Part shown: piece after piece, positions 48,201 to 57,682 of the stretch
How the letters are laid out: each line of letters opens with the position of its first letter
Numbering within the stretch: position 1 is the stretch's first letter
Assembly: GCA_965249725.1 (NCBI GenBank)
Contig: CBDFMQ010000002.1
Coordinates: 1,024,001 to 1,088,000 of the forward strand
Direction of reading: 5' to 3'
Source of the DNA: Longimicrobiales bacterium
GTDB taxonomy: Bacteria > Gemmatimonadota > Gemmatimonadetes > Longimicrobiales > Gaopeijiaceae
Length of the DNA: 64,000 nucleotides
Program-made: the position numbers and the translations under genes
Notes under the pieces: generated by a model
The model's input: only the letters and a program-made list of their open reading frames with translations
What the model was told of the DNA's origin: nothing
Database searches by the model: none

Positions 48201-48473
48201 GGCCCGATCCACGAGAGCCCGCTGTCCGAATTCGTCGAGGGTCGTCAGACCCGCGGCCGCCAAGTGCGGGCCAGCCAGTTGAGCCGCCAACCGACCCGGC
48301 GTCGTGACCGCAAAGCCCATCCAGCCTCCCTCGTGGAGAGAGCGCGCGCGAAGTAGCTCACTACCCTCTCCGAACGTCGTAGAGACCAGGACCTTCCGGG
48401 AGAACGGGTGGGCCTTGGCCACGCGGCCAAGGGAATCGAGGAGCGCAAACCGGGGGCCGTGTCGCTCCCGCAC
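45276..48473 (-). CDS. addB: AddB-like PD-(D/E)XK nuclease subunit with Fe-S cysteines
   Basis: SAT.LE...CP, GAVDRVD, DYKTG and CGICDFRSVC. Coupled to addA. Confidence 0.87.
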   Translation of the reverse strand: MRERHGPRFALLDSLGRVAKAHPFSRKVLVSTTFGEGSELLRARSLHEGGWMGFAVTTPGRLAAQLAGPHLAAAGLTTLDEFGQRALVDRAMDSVFATDQWPDLALLEHGVGFREAVLDVVSALRMAGVAPVGVAPVGVAPAGVAPAGVAPVGVAPVGVIPDAIEARSSRRAFLAEVLGVYETTLAEREVADPSEVLRRATEVVGRGGSSEVDGAHVFLLPGLSSRGVGGRFIDALQQQGARMLATDPVVGMRPPEGMVWKAVPARGRFSFLHAPDQAPDEDDRPDVEMFSAASVRDELREVLRRTMLSGLRWDDVEIVTPDPATYGPALDALSRQLQVPCSFGVGLAIGRTRPGRAMDAYLRWIEGGFPAEVLRGLFEAGDLAAPSGYEDVSSAALSRRLRRLRIGWGRTRYLPAVQSAQMLAQEEVDGGKVRPFRDETPEEAQARGEHRVRELKALGALVDVLETSTPWTPQPLVLESGSVSAAELARGVQAFLRLVPEGEGADVVAREDLLGRLARIAETLTRKTAFDSAMAALRSHLDIRVRAAWDEGSPPWKSSGGHVHLTDLAHGGYTGRKATFVVGLDAGRFPGAGVQDPILLDVDRKELASGLPTSADRLSERRFQLAGLLAKTRGRVTASYTAWDSAEARVVQPSSVLLDMFRLWKARPDATFKDFHESVGEPVCAIPRFGPLDSIDVWFDALGRDGVLLQAGDALAEAFPGLRSGLEARHRRTLDRASAHHGLVTPRPELMDPRANPLLLASATRLEALGTCPLRYLLRYGIGLRPQEDPTFDPERWLDHLQRGALLHRVFERTLATARERTLKPEDPGFISVAIEMIEQEATSLRAVVPVPNEAVYAHGLAGLKEDVRSFVCFVRERGAPWVRLEMKFGRDDAPSVEVPIGRGSISIQGAVDRVDRDEEGLHILDYKTGSLFGFTPASAVFNGGRRMQHVIYAEVAERLLGEPVADVSYVFPTARGQNEERRFSRDALRTGVELLEVMLDQVASGRLLPTNDPADCGICDFRSVCKVSSGDWSYTSPMADWGERNMLMLEEYAGLRRIREWEDR
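48001..48096. repeat. In-frame 15-bp tandem repeat x~6.4 inside addB
   Basis: CCCRCCGGGGCTACA units encoding (GVAPV/GVAPA)n. Confidence 0.93.
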
Positions 48474-48476
48474 CGG

Positions 48477-49892
48477 TTAGACGGCTTCCCTCACGACCAG
48501 GGACTCGGGGATCGTAATCCTGAAGGTCGATCCCTCTCCAAGGGTGCTCTGGGCCGTGAGGTCCATGCCCATGAGCTCGCATAGCGACCGGGAGATAGCC
48601 AAACCCAGACCGGCGCCGTAGTGCACCCGCGAAGTCCCACCGTCGCCTTGCTCGAATGCGTCGAAAATGGTCGCCAGTCGATCCGACGGAATCCCGATTC
48701 CCGTGTCCACCACACGGATTCCTTGGGGCACACCCTCCTTGGCGTCCATGATCACCTTGATGGATCCTTCGTCGGTGAACTTGATGGCGTTACCGACGAG
48801 TTTGATCAGAATCTGACGCAGCCGAGATTCGTCGGCTCGAACCCGAAACGGTGCATCCGGCGTCTCGACCTGAACGGCCACGTCTTCCATCAGGCCCCAA
48901 TCGTCGAGCTGATCCACGGTCTCCCGAATGAGGGATCCCACCTCCACCTCTTGGAACTCCAACGCGAGGTCGCCGTCTTCGATACGAGCCAGGTCCAGAA
49001 GGTCGTTGATGAGGTTCAGGAGGTGCATCGCATTGACGCGTATGCGCTGCAGGTAGTCCAGGTCCCGGGACTCGAGGCTCAGGTGTTTGTTCTTGAGCAG
49101 CACGTTGGAGAACCCCAACACCGAGTGGAGAGGGGTCCGAAGCTCATGGCTCATTCGGCCGAGGAACTCGCTCTTGGCCTCATTCGCTTCTTCGGCCTTA
49201 CGGCGAGCCGCGTCGAGCTCAATGGACTGCTCCTCCAGCCTCAGGATGAGGTCCTTGGCCGCGTGCGTCTTCTCTTGTTGGTGCCACGGGCCTTCGGCGA
49301 TGAGCACCATGAAGATGTTCATGGTAGCCAGAACGATCAGCTTGGCTACCTCGGCACCCCACACCACGTCCTGACCCGCAACCGAGGTCCAATAGGCGAG
49401 CAGCCCGGCATAGGCGAAGGGACCCAGGGCAGCCATCACCCGCGCCCGCGCCCGATTCAGCCAGAGCTGATCCGCGGTGTGCAGCAGAAAGACCGGCCAA
49501 AGCAGGCTCTGCGGCCCACCACTGGCGGTAATGGCCCAGCACCACGTCAGGAGATCGAAGATGAGGAAGACATCACCGAGATGAACTGCCGTAATGCGTG
49601 TGAAATACGCCCGCAACAGCCCCCAGGAAACGAGGCAGTACAGCTCCAGGCCGATGACCAGAGGCAGGTACGTGGCGAAGTCCAACTCCCCGAAGACGAG
49701 GAGGTTGTGGACCGCCACAACGAAGAGGAGGACGTTGGACCCGATGAGGCGGAGAGAGGGGACCCGGATGACGTTGAAGCGATAGAGGCCCGGAAGGTCC
49801 TCCCGGTCCGCCTCTTCTAGGTCAAGCGATCGCTCTACCTCTTCGACGGGATGGACCTCGAAAGAGGAGTCGTTGCTGGTATCCACACTCAT
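48477..49892 (-). CDS. Membrane sensor histidine kinase
   Basis: Several TM helices, MSHELRTPL, GNAIKFT, DTGIG and GAGLGL. No adjacent response regulator. Confidence 0.93.
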   Translation of the reverse strand: MSVDTSNDSSFEVHPVEEVERSLDLEEADREDLPGLYRFNVIRVPSLRLIGSNVLLFVVAVHNLLVFGELDFATYLPLVIGLELYCLVSWGLLRAYFTRITAVHLGDVFLIFDLLTWCWAITASGGPQSLLWPVFLLHTADQLWLNRARARVMAALGPFAYAGLLAYWTSVAGQDVVWGAEVAKLIVLATMNIFMVLIAEGPWHQQEKTHAAKDLILRLEEQSIELDAARRKAEEANEAKSEFLGRMSHELRTPLHSVLGFSNVLLKNKHLSLESRDLDYLQRIRVNAMHLLNLINDLLDLARIEDGDLALEFQEVEVGSLIRETVDQLDDWGLMEDVAVQVETPDAPFRVRADESRLRQILIKLVGNAIKFTDEGSIKVIMDAKEGVPQGIRVVDTGIGIPSDRLATIFDAFEQGDGGTSRVHYGAGLGLAISRSLCELMGMDLTAQSTLGEGSTFRITIPESLVVREAV

Positions 49893-50062
49893 CGATCGGT
49901 GGACATCCTCTGGGCGGGAGGTGCATGCGGTTTCAGTGAGCGAATCCGGTCAATCTGCCGAATCTCAGCAAAGAGTAGGTCGGCCCACCGGGAGACGCCA
50001 GATCCCCCGCCTCCCCACAGGCCCTTGTCTTTGCGCCTACCCCTCTCCAATACTGTTCGTGT

Positions 50063-51292
50063 ATGACAACACTGCTCTGGGTCCTCGGGGTATCCCTCTC
50101 CATCTCCTTCCTGTGTTCCGTTTTGGAGGCCGTACTCCTCTCGGTAACACACTCCTATGTCGAGCTTCTCCGCGAGCAGGGGTCCAGGGCCGGAGACTAC
50201 CTGAGCGCGATGCAAGAGCGCATCGACGAGCCCATCGCCGCGATCCTGACCCTCAACACCATCGCGCACACCGCGGGTGCCGCGCTCGGAGGCTCCATCG
50301 CGGCGCGCGTCTTCGGCGAGACCTGGATTGGTGTATTCACGGGCGTGTTGACCCTCATCATCCTGCTCTTTTCGGAGATCGTGCCGAAGACGATCGGTGC
50401 CACGTTCTGGCAACAGTTGGGGAGGCCGTCGGCGCACGTTCTTCGATGGATGGTCTTCCTCATGAAGCCGATCCTGGTGCCCTTGAATCTGTTCAGCCAG
50501 ATGCTCAGAGGCTCCAGGGGCTCCACGACGAGCCGCGCCGAGCTCGAGGTTCTCGCCCAGATCGGATACAGCGAGGGCACGATCGACGAGGATGAGTGGA
50601 AGGTCGTGACCAACGTGATCCGGCTCGATGAGGTCACGGTCGGGGAAGTGATGACCCCGCGGACCGATATGATCGCGGTACCGGGCGACGCCACGGTGCA
50701 AGAGGCCATGACGATCATGCTAGACGAGGGGCACCTCCGTCTGCCCGTCTACGACGACACGATGGACAAGATCGAGGGGCTGCTCGTGGCGAGGGACCTT
50801 TGGCGGGGTGATCGCGAGGGGCGGGAGGACATCTCGGACATCGTGCGTCCGATCCAGTTCATTCCGACCACCAAGCTCGTGGAAGACCTCATCCCGGAGA
50901 TGCGGACCAACCGGACGAAGATGGCCATCGTCGTCGACGAGTTCGGCGGAACAGCCGGGTTGGTCACGCTCGAAGACCTCATCGAAGAGATCATCGGAGA
51001 AATCCAAGATGAGCATGAGGAGGACGAACCTCTGCACTTCCAGGAACTATCCGACGGTTATGTCCGAATCTGGGGTGGCGTACCGGTCCGGGAAGTCAAC
51101 GACCGGCTGGACCTGAATCTGCCCGAGGATCCGCACGACACCTTGGGCGGCTTTGTGTTCGGCGCCCTGAACCGAGTCGGACGCTCTGGTGACGTCGTGG
51201 AAGTCGACGGGGGGCGCCTTCGCATCACCAAGATGCGGGGTCGCCGCGTCGAGTACGTCGTGTGGGTCCCCGGTCTCGCCGAGGAGCTCTAG
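50063..51292 (+). CDS. CNNM/CBS/CorC hemolysin-family protein
   Basis: SEIVPK, VMTPR, VVDEFGGTAGLVTLED and DTLGG. Confidence 0.92.
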   Translation: MTTLLWVLGVSLSISFLCSVLEAVLLSVTHSYVELLREQGSRAGDYLSAMQERIDEPIAAILTLNTIAHTAGAALGGSIAARVFGETWIGVFTGVLTLIILLFSEIVPKTIGATFWQQLGRPSAHVLRWMVFLMKPILVPLNLFSQMLRGSRGSTTSRAELEVLAQIGYSEGTIDEDEWKVVTNVIRLDEVTVGEVMTPRTDMIAVPGDATVQEAMTIMLDEGHLRLPVYDDTMDKIEGLLVARDLWRGDREGREDISDIVRPIQFIPTTKLVEDLIPEMRTNRTKMAIVVDEFGGTAGLVTLEDLIEEIIGEIQDEHEEDEPLHFQELSDGYVRIWGGVPVREVNDRLDLNLPEDPHDTLGGFVFGALNRVGRSGDVVEVDGGRLRITKMRGRRVEYVVWVPGLAEEL

Positions 51293-51318
51293 TCCCCGAC
51301 CCCGGCGCCATATCGAGT

Positions 51319-52389
51319 CTAGTCGCCGGCCCCTGGCTGAACTCCCTCCACATGAATCGTCTGGGTCGGATACGCGAATTCGATCCCTTCCTCAGCGAAG
51401 CGCTTGAATATCTCGATGTTGATGCCGTGGTGAGTGGCTCCGTAGGTCGCGTAGTCCGGGACCTGCATGTAGTACACGGTGTCGATGTTGAGCGCAGAGT
51501 CACCGAACACCATGAAGAAACACCGATCGAAGCGGGTGTGATCACGCTTCTCGATGATCTCCTGAATCAAAACAGGAATCCGCTCGAGCTGATCCGGAGT
51601 CGTATCGTAGGTCACACCGAGCGTGAAGGCGCACCGCCGTTCGTCGCGGCGCTGGAAGTTCTGAATGCGACTACTGAGAAGGTCGGAGTTGGAGAACACG
51701 AGCTGCCCTCCGGTGATTGACGTGACCCGGGTAGTCTTGAGCCCAACGTTCTCGACTGTGCCCGCCATGGAACCGACCTGTATGTAGTCGCCGACCGCGA
51801 AGGGTCGATCGAAGACGATCGAGAACGAGGCGAAGAGATCCGACAGCGTGCCCTGGAGCGCGAGACCCAGCGCCAGGCCGCCGATTCCCAAACCGGCGAT
51901 CATGGGCCCGATGTCGATACCCAGGTTGTCCAAGGCCAACATCCCGAACGTCGCCCATACCGCGAGTCGGATGAGGAAGCCCACCGACCCCAGTGCTGTG
52001 GTGATCGTCGGATCCGCCTCGAACTTCCTTCGCGCCCAGCTCCCGAGGATGTAGTTGACGATGCCGTTCGCCCAGAACGCCCCCTGAATGATGAAACCCA
52101 GAATCACGAGCCGCGACATCACGGAGTCGACTTCGGCGGGGAGTTCGAGACTGCGTGCCCCCGCGTAGAAGGCCACCAAGGCGACGAAGAGTCCCTTGGT
52201 CTTCTCGAGGAGCTCGGTTACCAGATCGTCGACATCCGTCTCCGTCTTGGCTGCCAGAGCCTTCATTCGGCTCAACACGACCCGGAACACGACCCGGACC
52301 GCTGCCCAAACGACGCCCGCGACGACCAGCGCCACGATCCACTCTTGTGCGGTGTTGCCGAGAAACGACCCGCTCAGGAAGTCATTCAT
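51319..52389 (-). CDS. MscS-family mechanosensitive channel
   Basis: GLGIGGLALGLALQ, DRPFAVGD, GTVENVGLKTT and GIEFAYPT. Confidence 0.93.
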   Translation of the reverse strand: MNDFLSGSFLGNTAQEWIVALVVAGVVWAAVRVVFRVVLSRMKALAAKTETDVDDLVTELLEKTKGLFVALVAFYAGARSLELPAEVDSVMSRLVILGFIIQGAFWANGIVNYILGSWARRKFEADPTITTALGSVGFLIRLAVWATFGMLALDNLGIDIGPMIAGLGIGGLALGLALQGTLSDLFASFSIVFDRPFAVGDYIQVGSMAGTVENVGLKTTRVTSITGGQLVFSNSDLLSSRIQNFQRRDERRCAFTLGVTYDTTPDQLERIPVLIQEIIEKRDHTRFDRCFFMVFGDSALNIDTVYYMQVPDYATYGATHHGINIEIFKRFAEEGIEFAYPTQTIHVEGVQPGAGD

Positions 52390-52527
52390 GAAATCTCCGA
52401 CTCAGGCTTGAAACAGAACACATACGGGACGAACGCCCACCAAAACTGTCAGTAGCATTACACCGGAGCAACCACCCTGGGCGGGTGCGTCCCTGCAACA
52501 CATTCGTGCGCACGCTCCACACAAAGG

Positions 52528-52556
52528 TTGACACACATCAGAGGCTGTTCTATCAT
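52528..52556 (+). promoter_or_regulatory. Sigma70-type promoter for glnA
   Basis: TTGACA-N17-TATCAT. Confidence 0.75.
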
Positions 52557-52630
52557 CGCACGTGCCGCACATAATTTTGCCGTCGAGAGGGGCCCTGTGA
52601 GGGCCCGCGACCCTCGGTTGGATTTTCCCG

Positions 52631-52677
52631 ACCAGGCCCTGGAGGAAGTGTCTCCTCCGGCCTGGTTTTCGCTTTTA
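52631..52677 (+). terminator. Terminator-like hairpin within the glnA leader
   Basis: ACCAGGCC(CT)GGAGGA-AGTGTC-TCCTCCGGCCTGGT followed by TTTCGCTTTT. Confidence 0.55.
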
Positions 52678-52739
52678 GGGGCATTGAGTCCCCATCGCTT
52701 TATCCCCTTCCCCACCCAGCACTTGGAGGAGTTGTACCC

Positions 52740-54158
52740 ATGAGCCTCGATGCCCTTCTGTACGACGTCGAAGCGTTTCGTGAAGAGATGGAGGACTACG
52801 TCGACGAGTTGGATTCTCGAAACGGGCTATCCCTGAACACGCCCGAAGAGGTCCTCAAATACGTCGAAGAGTACGGAATCTCCTCGATCCGCATTTGGTT
52901 CACCGACTTGATCGGGTTCCTTAAGTCCTTTTCGATCACCCCCAAAGAACTCAAGGGAGCCTTCGAAGAGGGGATGGGCTTCGATGGATCTTCCATCGAG
53001 GGGTACAGGCGCATCCAAGAGAGCGACATGATCGCCGTGCCTATCGCATCTACGGCGCAGGCGCTGCCGTTCCGGCCCGGAGGCTCTCGTTCGATACGGA
53101 TGTTCGCCGAAATCCGTAACCCGGACGGCTCCGCATACATGTCGGATCCGAGGGTGATCCTCTCGCAGAACCTCGAGCGGCTGAGCGAGCACGGGTATTC
53201 GCACATGAACATCGGGCCCGAGGCCGAGTTCTTCTATTTCAAGGACGAGACGGGACCGACGCTGCTGGACAACGCCGGCTATTTCGACATCAACCCCGTG
53301 GACGTCGGGGACGATATTCGTGAGGTGACCTGCTTCGCTCTCGAAGCCATGGGTGTGCCTGTCGAATATCACCACTCCGAAGTCGGACCCTCCCAGCACG
53401 AGATCGACATCCGCTACCAAGAGGCGCTGCGGATGGCCGACAACCTCCAGACGTACAAGTACATCGTTAAGGAAGTCGCGAGGCGCTGTGGGGTTTTCGC
53501 CACGTTCATGCCCAAGCCGATCGCCAATCAGAACGGCAGCGGCATGCACGTGCACCTGTCGATTTTCAAGGACGAAAAGACCAACGCGTTCTACGACAAG
53601 AGCGATGAGCATCATCTGAGCGCCACGGCCAAGCACTTCATCGCGGGCGTCTTGGATCACTCCAGAGAAATCGCTCTGATCACGAACCAGATGCACAACT
53701 CCTACAAGCGTCTGGTGCCCGGATATGAGGCCCCTGTCTACATCGCATGGGCCGAGCGTAATCGATCTGCCGCCGTGCGGATTCCGCTTTACAAGCCGGG
53801 TAAAGAGGTCGCGACCCGGATGGAGTTGCGCTTCCCCGATCCGACCTGCAACCCGTACTTGGCGTTCAGCGTCATGCTGTCCGCGGGCCTCGACGGAATG
53901 GACAAGAAGACGGCGATTCCGGAGCCCATGGCCATGGACCTCTACAAGCTCACCACGGTCGAGCGAGAGGAACTGGATATTGCGGCGCTACCGCACGATC
54001 TGTTCGAGGCGGTCCGCGTAGCGGAGCACAGTGAGTTCCTCAAGGAGGCTCTCGGAACCGACGTGCATCAGAAGTTGGTAGAGACCAAGCTAGTCGAGGC
54101 TGACAAGTTCAGACTCCACGTCTCGGAGATGGACCTGAGAGAGCACTTGAAGCTCTAG
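52740..54158 (+). CDS. glnA: Glutamine synthetase type I
   Basis: FDGSSIEG, GPEAEFF, ATFMPKP, NGSGMHVH, SYKRLVPGYEAP, NRSA and ELRFPDP.CNPYL. Confidence 0.96.
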   Translation: MSLDALLYDVEAFREEMEDYVDELDSRNGLSLNTPEEVLKYVEEYGISSIRIWFTDLIGFLKSFSITPKELKGAFEEGMGFDGSSIEGYRRIQESDMIAVPIASTAQALPFRPGGSRSIRMFAEIRNPDGSAYMSDPRVILSQNLERLSEHGYSHMNIGPEAEFFYFKDETGPTLLDNAGYFDINPVDVGDDIREVTCFALEAMGVPVEYHHSEVGPSQHEIDIRYQEALRMADNLQTYKYIVKEVARRCGVFATFMPKPIANQNGSGMHVHLSIFKDEKTNAFYDKSDEHHLSATAKHFIAGVLDHSREIALITNQMHNSYKRLVPGYEAPVYIAWAERNRSAAVRIPLYKPGKEVATRMELRFPDPTCNPYLAFSVMLSAGLDGMDKKTAIPEPMAMDLYKLTTVEREELDIAALPHDLFEAVRVAEHSEFLKEALGTDVHQKLVETKLVEADKFRLHVSEMDLREHLKL

Positions 54159-54173
54159 TGCAGCCGGCCGCCC

Positions 54174-54716
54174 TTAACCGGACTCGCTCGGAGGTGCTAC
54201 GGACGGCGGAGTGTCGGAGGGTAACGCGGCCGCCGCGTGTTCCTCCCTCTCTTCGCGCCAGAACGAAATAGCCAACAGCACCGCTCCGCATGAAATCGCC
54301 ATGTCGGCCACATTGAAGATCGGCCACAGCATCACACCCAGGTCGATCGGCCCGATGAAGTCCACAACGCCACGATCCCAACGGACTCGGTCGTAGAGAT
54401 TCCCAAAGGCTCCCGAGACGACGAGTGATACCGAGATCACTCGGAGCCAGTCACCCGGCTCGGCCTGTTTGAGCAGCACCAGTAGCAGGACCATCGCCAG
54501 AATGGTGATCGGGATGAAGAACCACCGCGGGTCGTTACCCAGCGACAGGCCGAACGCCGCCCCTCGATTGAAGGCGAGGGTCAGAGGCACCCACCCGAAA
54601 AAGAGCTCCATCCGCTGACCACCCTCCAGGCCGGTCAGAGCCCAATTCTTCGTTATCAGATCCAGCACGATCACGATCGGGAAAATGGCGGCGAGAGCAA
54701 CTAGTTTTTGTTTCAC
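54174..54716 (-). CDS. lspA: Lipoprotein signal peptidase II
   Basis: DLITK, NRGAAFG, GAFGNLYDR, VVDFI and FNVAD. Confidence 0.95.
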   Translation of the reverse strand: MKQKLVALAAIFPIVIVLDLITKNWALTGLEGGQRMELFFGWVPLTLAFNRGAAFGLSLGNDPRWFFIPITILAMVLLLVLLKQAEPGDWLRVISVSLVVSGAFGNLYDRVRWDRGVVDFIGPIDLGVMLWPIFNVADMAISCGAVLLAISFWREEREEHAAAALPSDTPPSVAPPSESG

Positions 54717-54881
54717 GGGCCTCTGATACCAGTGGGAATCCAGCTTTGAAGCCCCCGAATCTCGCGGTGACCCTCATCACACGCCAGAGGGCCGGACCGG
54801 CGGCGGTGGCGGTCCACCTGCTTCGGGCTCAGGTTGATCCGATCGACTGGCTTCCCCTCAGGCCCAGTAGGAGAGACCACC

Positions 54882-55667
54882 ATGTCGTCATGCCTCTCGG
54901 GGATTACCCGGCTCACTGTAGCCGTGCTGTGCGTCCTCGTCCTCCGTCCCGCCCACGCGCAAGGTCAGAACGGTGAGCCGGAGACTACGGCCGAGCCCTG
55001 GCCTCCCGTCGCCACCTTTTCGATCCTCGGCTACGACGAGGCCACCGGAGAGGTAGGGGTCGCTGTCCAGTCCAGAGTCTTCTCGGTGGGCAATGGCGTT
55101 ATCTGGGGTGAAGCCGGAGTCGGAGTCGTAGCGACGCAGGCCATCGTAGATGTGAGCTACGGTCCTCAAGCTCTGGAGCTGCTGAGACAGGGCCTGTCCC
55201 CTGCCCAAGTCGTCGAGCGGGTGCTCGCGAACGACCCCAACCCGCGGCCCGACCGGTGGACCATTGAGGGGCGCCAGTTCTCTGTGATGAACGCTCAAGG
55301 CGAAGTGGCCACCCACACCGGGCCCGGAGCGAGTGACTGGGCCGGCCATAGGCTCAGCCGCCACGCGTCCGCCCAGGGCAACATCTTGGCGGGCCCCGCG
55401 GTGGTGGATGAGATGATCCGAGGGTTCGAACAGACGGAGGGTCACCTCTCGCTCAGGCTCCTCGCTGCACTAGAGCACGGTCAGGCCGCCGGCGGGGACA
55501 GGCGTGGGATGCAGTCCGCCGCCATGCTCATCGTGAAGGAGGACGGAGGGGTGTGGTTGAACAACGACGTCGTGCTTCGACTCCAGGTCGATGATCACGT
55601 CGAGCCGATCCAGGAACTGCGAAGGCTCGTGGAGATCGCGGCCGCCCGAAGAGAACGGCGCCGGTAG
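54882..55667 (+). CDS. DUF1028 (Ntn-hydrolase-like) protein
   Basis: ATFSI, GVAVQS, QGNIL and GGDRRGMQSAA. AGGAG RBS. Confidence 0.9.
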   Translation: MSSCLSGITRLTVAVLCVLVLRPAHAQGQNGEPETTAEPWPPVATFSILGYDEATGEVGVAVQSRVFSVGNGVIWGEAGVGVVATQAIVDVSYGPQALELLRQGLSPAQVVERVLANDPNPRPDRWTIEGRQFSVMNAQGEVATHTGPGASDWAGHRLSRHASAQGNILAGPAVVDEMIRGFEQTEGHLSLRLLAALEHGQAAGGDRRGMQSAAMLIVKEDGGVWLNNDVVLRLQVDDHVEPIQELRRLVEIAAARRERRR

Positions 55668-55677
55668 CACCTCACGC

Positions 55678-56112
55678 TTAGGGCCGGTCCCCTTCGGGCC
55701 GCGGATTGGAGGTGTTGCCCACGACCCGCCAACCCTCGGGGCCCCTCTCGTAGAGCTCCACCCAAGCCCAGATGGCGTCGATGGGGGTCTCCCGTCCGTC
55801 CTCGCCTCGCTGCGCACCTTGCACCTGCACCTCGGCGATCAACCAACCGAGCGATCCGTCCTCCGAGACGCGAACCACGGGTCTACGCAGGTCCTGATAC
55901 GCGGTGAAGGTGGCGGAAGCCAAGTACGGCTCTCTCGCTTGGCGTCGGTCGTCGCTGCTGGGGAACGTCACGCGGCCCCCGTTTACCGACACGTATTCGT
56001 CGGCCTCGAGGGCCATCCACGGAGCTACGTCACCTTGTCGGTGTGACTCCAAGATCTGTTCGTGGATTCCGGGAGGTCCTCCGTCATGCTCACCAGACGA
56101 TCCACGTCCCAA
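55678..56112 (-). pseudogene. NTF2-like/DUF4440 protein, probably lacking its native N-terminus
   Basis: HEQILESHRQGDV...VRVSEDGSLGW...W.ELYER..EGWR. Weak TTG start with no RBS and an in-frame stop just upstream. Confidence 0.55.
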
Positions 56113-56159
56113 GCCCGTAGTCCCTGCTCAGACGGACGAAAGTGATACTGCTTCCTCAC
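56025..56159 (-). pseudogene. 44-codon ORF, probable N-terminal fragment of another gene
   Basis: GTG overlaps the upstream stop (GTGA). Translates MRKQYHFRPSEQGLRAWDVDRLVSMTEDLP..., then runs out of frame into the NTF2-like sequence. Confidence 0.5.
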
Positions 56160-56629
56160 TGTGTGCCCTCGGACAGGAGCCGCCGCTCTTCGGCCTCCCT
56201 CAACTCCGCCCTTCGGGCGATAGCCACGGAACCGGGAGCGAAGGTCCCGCCCAGGACGCCGGTCAGCAGAACGGCCTCAATGATGTCTACGACGGTCGTG
56301 CCGGCGGCGAACGCGCCCATCATCCCGAACGCTACAGGCACCAAGACCGCCCCGAGGACTCCGAACACCGCCACCTTGCCAAGAGAGAGGTCGAGGATGG
56401 TCCTCCGCCCCTCGCCAACCGATAGCAGCGTCCCGAAGCCCACTCCTGAGAAGAAGCCGTATAGTCCTATGCCGATGGCATAGTCCAAGATCGGGTTGGT
56501 CCACATCCAGACTTCCGGCGACATCACTCCCACCAGGAGCCCGATTCCGGCCCCGATGCCCCCCCACAGAGTGCCCCACGTCAGGCCGACACCCATCAGG
56601 CCCCGCAAGCGTCGAAGTAACTTCCTCAT
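56156..56629 (-). CDS. Hypothetical membrane protein (4 TM)
   Basis: ATG 56629 with GAAGGAG RBS, TGATG-coupled to the GNAT gene. Confidence 0.8.
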   Translation of the reverse strand: MRKLLRRLRGLMGVGLTWGTLWGGIGAGIGLLVGVMSPEVWMWTNPILDYAIGIGLYGFFSGVGFGTLLSVGEGRRTILDLSLGKVAVFGVLGAVLVPVAFGMMGAFAAGTTVVDIIEAVLLTGVLGGTFAPGSVAIARRAELREAEERRLLSEGTQ

Positions 56630-57399
56630 CACATCTCCTTCACAAAGCCGGCCGCGCTTTCTGGTCGCGGAAACCTGATCTCTCCGGCCAACAGCCGTCC
56701 GCACGGCTGGAGACCACCCCTCCGCAACGCCCCGATTGAGCCGTGATTGCCGGGCTCGCATCGGGCCGCTGGCAACTTCCCTTCCTCGCTGCACACCCGC
56801 CGCAGCTCCTGGACCAAGAAACTCCCTACTCCCTGGCGCCGGGCCTCTTCGACGACCTCCATGTGGATATCACCATACGGTGGGTTGTAGTGGTACAGTA
56901 CACCCCCGGCTGCGATCACCGAGCCGTTTCGCTCTACCACCCACTCACCGTCCGGGCCCACGTCTCCGGGCTCTCTCGGGCGGAGGACAGTGTCTGCGCA
57001 GATCAGTTCCGTGGGGGGTCCGTCCTCGAACAGGATATGCTCCTCCGCGACGTCAGTCGCGCAATCCCGCAGCATCGCCGCCATAGCCGGTAGGTTCGTC
57101 TGGGCCTCGATGTGTGTTGCGCCACTGATACGCACCACTTCCGTGAAGAGGATCAGCGCTTCCTCTGGATCTTCACTCAACGTGAAGAACTCCATGAGGC
57201 GGTTCTCGTAGTGCCTGTTCCAGACCCCTGCGTATCCGACTACGTCGCCCTCCACGGAGATCACATAGGCGTCGGCGAGCCCCCGGCGCAGAATCGAATC
57301 GCGGACGATCTGACACTTGGCTTCGCGCCGAAAGAGCTCCCTGAGAGGCCGTATGTCTTCGTAATCGGCGGCTCGAACGGTGACGGAGTGCTTGAGCAT
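56629..57399 (-). CDS. GNAT-family acetyltransferase
   Basis: EVVEEARRQGVGS acetyl-CoA motif and N.GS..AL.R.G. Confidence 0.85.
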   Translation of the reverse strand: MLKHSVTVRAADYEDIRPLRELFRREAKCQIVRDSILRRGLADAYVISVEGDVVGYAGVWNRHYENRLMEFFTLSEDPEEALILFTEVVRISGATHIEAQTNLPAMAAMLRDCATDVAEEHILFEDGPPTELICADTVLRPREPGDVGPDGEWVVERNGSVIAAGGVLYHYNPPYGDIHMEVVEEARRQGVGSFLVQELRRVCSEEGKLPAARCEPGNHGSIGALRRGGLQPCGRLLAGEIRFPRPESAAGFVKEM

Positions 57400-57682
57400 T
57401 GAGGATTTCAAGGCAGGGTCGGTGCCAGCCCTTGTCTACTAACGTGATTCAGTACATCGACCGGACTCTGGGTGAAGCACAATAGGGTGCGAAGGTCCAA
57501 TCCATCCAGGGCTCAGCCCGAGGTTTCTTGGTGCGATGGCCGGATTGTCTCGGCCCCTATGCCCCGAGGATTGTCGGTTGTCGCACCTAAGCGTAGGCGC
57601 CATCTTCGGTTGTAGGCCACAACGCACGAGCACGCCCGCCGGTAGCGCATCGCGGGGTGATACACGGACCTGCGGAGCGGGG

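Noticed and set aside
41821..48473. Helicase plus nuclease pair as a novel defence system
   Set aside because: Domain order, sizes, Fe-S cysteines and coupling fit housekeeping AddAB.
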